From Vitrella brassicaformis CCMP3155 (lineage: Eukaryota > Protista > Chromerida), in NCBI GenBank assembly GCA_001179505.1, contig CDMY01000348.1, positions 1-64,000 of the forward strand: a stretch of DNA of 64,000 bases. Direction: 5' to 3'. The notes beneath the pieces are model-generated. The model ran no database searches. It worked only from the letters and a program-made list of their open reading frames with translations, and was not told the DNA's origin. Numbering within the stretch: position 1 is the first letter of the stretch; each line of letters opens with the position of its first letter. Below are positions 60,901-64,000 of this stretch, piece after piece. Both the position numbers and the translations under genes were made by a program.

Positions 60901-63900
60901 TGCATGCATGACGCTGTGTCCGTCCATCCATGCCCACCCTGAAGAGGTTGGTCTTTGTCCCCACGAGCACCCGCACATCGTCGATGAGCACGTGGACCAG
61001 ATAGTTGCCTCCCGTCTCGTTGTCATAGCCCACCAGCTTCACGCAGAACGGCTCAATCATCCGATAGGCAGTCAGCTGCAGTAGAGCAGTCAGTGCACAA
61101 GGATACAGACCGTCGTGTGTTCCAATGTTTTGATCTTTCATACAGCTGACCACAAGGTAGTGAGAAGAGACCGCGCGTCCCTTGCGCCCAATGAGCTCAG
61201 TAGCCTCCGCGGGCCACTGGTAGGGAGCCGTCAGCGTGCCCCTCAGGATGCACACTCCCCACACGCCGATGTCGTCAAGGATCGACCCGCCCTCAGCCAC
61301 GCAATTCGACAGCTTCCGCAACAAATCATCAATGGACTCGGCGGCCGACGGATCATCTACATACGAACAGAACCACATCAGAATGTCTTGTCTCTCTCGT
61401 CACCGTTGTTGCTGACCAACCCGCAATCTCGCAGAAGACTCGCACCAGGGGATTGTCACCGAAGTTGGGGTTGAAGGGCTTTGCTTTCCTCTTCTTGATG
61501 TCATCGTCGTCGTCGACGTCCAGTCTGGGCGGAGGTGGGTATGGGATGGTCGGCTGAGAGAACTCGGCTGCTGCTCCCTCAGGCTGCTCCTCTTCGGGCT
61601 CGTTGAGCAGCGGTCGGCTGGGGGCCTGCGGCCGCTGGACGCGATCTCGTGTGCGATGGAGCTCCACCTGCAATGTAGACAAGACCCCTGGTGTCTAGTT
61701 ACATATATGTGTGCGTGTGTACGCTGCTTGCGGAGAATGGGTGGGGGGACAAGTCTTGGTCCTCCATGTCCTCATCTCCTTGAGTCATCGGCTGCTCAGC
61801 CCGCTGCGCCTCTTTGCCCAGTGGAGGCGGCCTTGCTCCTGGTCCCTTGGTGGTAGTGCTTGCCCAGACGATGGAGCCATCCTTAAGGCTGCGCCCGTGG
61901 GTGTCCAAGATCTCCTCGTGCATCGTGTCCTCAGGCAGCTCGGTCTCCTCGAGCACCCTACAAGCAGCAAATGATGCTAAGGATGGAAACGCAGACACAC
62001 AAGCACACTCGCTTGCAGCACCTGATGCGGTTTGTGTTGATGTCGAGGGATACAGCAAGGTACTGGATGAGGCCTGCCTGCTGGTAAGCTTTCTTCCTCA
62101 CAGTGATGTAGAACGAGCCCCTGGCCAGTATAAACAGCACACAGATATGGGGGATGCATGGGATGCATGTTGTTCGACTGCTCAGATGCTTACTTGAATT
62201 CCTTCTGCATTCGGAGGAACTCTGAAGTCTCCTGCGCCCTGATGAGCTCCTGAGCGAGGAACTCGGACCGGTTAGCGAGATGCGTCACCTCTTGCACAGA
62301 CTGGGCACGGTAGTTCTCGAACTCATCCTCCTTTTGCTGCAGCTGGTTCTGAAGCTTGATCGTCTCCCTAGACGCAAGCATGAGACAAAGTACACGTGCA
62401 CATAGATGCACTGCCACCCACACCTGTCGACGGCTCTCTTCTTTTCGGCTTGCAGTGAGCTCCGCATTTCATCGATCTTCCGCGCGTGTTCCTCCTGCGC
62501 TTTCTGCAGCTCTTCTTCCTTGACCCGCTTGGCCTCATCGATGCGAATCTCAGTGTCAGACTGCAGGCAAAGAGAAACACGTAGATGGTATCAAGGAAGC
62601 GTATCGTACTTACCTCGGCCTTTTGCAGTGCCTCTTGCAGCTCATTCAGTCTTGATGCCATTACGTCCTGAGCGCTCTCCAGTGTCTTCTTCAGCGCCTC
62701 AGCCTCGTCAGACAACCGCAGCTTCTCTGAATTCCAGACGATAATTACAAGCAGAAGATCAGACCTCACGAGCGACATCTGCACTCGCTCTTCACTCACC
62801 CTTGCTTGTGGCGTCCAGTGCTTGTTTCAGCTCGTACACTTCTTTCTCCAGCGCGTCTGCGTCAGCAGGGGGTGCTGGTTGTGTTGGTGGAGGCATCCCT
62901 GCGACGGCAGAAGACCCCTCCCCTGACTGCACATCTGTCCGACAACAGATCCAGCGAACACATTAATGGACGCAGAAATGGACTGAGATACCTTACCTGT
63001 CTGTGCGGCCATTTCGGTGGCGTTGTATTCGGTCTGTGTGGTCTTCTGGGCCTCGAGCCACTGTCGTGATGTCTGGGTCTCCATGGCCGCTCCCACCTTC
63101 CCTTCCTCCTCCTCCTCTTCTTCTCCCTTCATGACGATCTCACCCGACGTCTGTGTCTCCATGGGCTGGACCTCTTGCAGGGCTGTCTGTGTCTCCATGC
63201 CCTTCAGCTCGACCTTCTCCTTCTCCCCTTCCTCTTCAACCTCCTCGTCCTTCATAGCCAGGCCAGATGTCTGTGTCTCCATCGGTTTGAGCTCACCCTT
63301 AGGAGGGGCTTCTGACGGCAGCTCGCCCGACGTTTGTGTCTCCATCACTTGGCCCTCCCTCCTTGTTTCGTCCATCAAGGTGCCTGATGTCTGGGTCTCC
63401 ATGGGCTTCAGCGCGGCTTTCTCCTTCTCTTCTCCCATGGCCAGCCCGGACGTCTGTGTCTCCATGGGTTTGAACTCGGCTTTGGGCGCCGCGGGCTCTG
63501 CTGCTGCCTCCGCTACCTCTTCGGCCTCTTTCTCTTCTTTGCCCTCAACCGCTGACTCTTCTGGTTGTTCCTCACCTTCAGCCTCTCGATCAGCCTCAGC
63601 CTCAGCCGGGACAGCCTCGCCTTTCGCCTCCTCCTCTGCTATCGCTCCTGGAGCTTCAGCCTGCTCCTGTTGTGGCTCCGCTGCCTGCTCCTGTTGTGGC
63701 TCCGCAGCCTCCTCCTCTTCCTGTGGCTCGACTGCGGGCTCCTCAGCTATCTGGAGAGGGGCGGGGGCCGCCTGTGCTGCTGCTGCCTCATCCCTCGCAG
63801 CTTGCAGCTGCTCTTGAAGCTCGCCTTCGATCTGGTCATGAAGCGCCTTGAGACTCTCGAGGGCCGTGTCCTTCTCCTGCAAAGCCTGCTCGGTGGCGCT

Positions 63901-64000
63901 CAGCTCCTACGGAAGGTGGAGGGGGCAGAGAAAATCTCCACCGCAAGGATGTGACATTGTTGGTTTGTGTACCTTCTCGAGGTCGAGTATGCGTTGCTCC
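54938..64000 (-). CDS. Very large multi-exon protein (5' end beyond the window): coiled coils, Glu-rich TQT repeat region, repeated beta-rich units
   Basis: Chain of GT-AG-bounded minus-strand exons from ORF 62827-63882 to ...KADDAEEA* at 54938. A single-gene model is an inference. Confidence 0.65.
55353..55652. other. Assembly gap (300 N)
   Basis: N run flanked by G runs on both sides. Confidence 1.
63000..63465 (-). repeat. Coding repeat array: 7x METQT, plus TTQTE and AAQTD
   Basis: GTCTG(T/G)GTCTCCAT-type units repeated on the + strand; translation in ORF 62827-63882. Confidence 0.95.

Noticed and set aside
540-60910. TGCATGCA-type ApiAP2 sites
   Set aside because: Scattered through introns and repeats with no promoter bias visible by eye.
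62870-62910. Additional LC8-like motif DASTNT
   Set aside because: It is in a frame that hits a stop; the frame continuous with the coiled coil reads SGEGSSAVAGMPPPTQP.
1-64000. CRISPR arrays, rRNA, tRNA, intact transposase or RT; also the many long antisense ORFs
   Set aside because: No repeat-spacer arrays, RNA-gene signatures or catalytic motifs seen. Long antisense ORFs are expected in GC-rich coding DNA.

Overview
GC-rich, intron-dense eukaryotic DNA. It is most consistent with a chromerid alveolate such as Vitrella brassicaformis (inferred from ApiAP2-type domains, an HPR/OPR-like protein, lineage-expanded F-box-like genes and CA/TG-rich short introns). I can support about 14 protein-coding loci, one 300-N assembly gap, and no rRNA, tRNA or CRISPR. 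Ten genes form five head-to-head pairs with start codons 219-378 bp apart, and each of those five gaps contains the motif RAGCTCGCR. The standout locus is a ~7.9 kb minus-strand gene (8514-16367). It encodes three tandem canonical AP2 doublets, about six divergent AP2-like units, a PHD finger and two SAM-like domains, appears built by module duplication with conserved intron phases, and has a 1-bp frameshift at ~13027. Other notable items: a giant coiled-coil protein with eight TQT (putative LC8-binding) motifs, an RCC1 + IQGAP-type RasGAP fusion, an intron-containing bacterial-type cysG with no visible targeting leader, a secreted GH31 with an internal trefoil domain, introns polarised AC-5'/GT-3', and a perfect 28-bp hairpin that frameshifts a gene. 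All product calls come from motif recognition by eye; no database searches were run.
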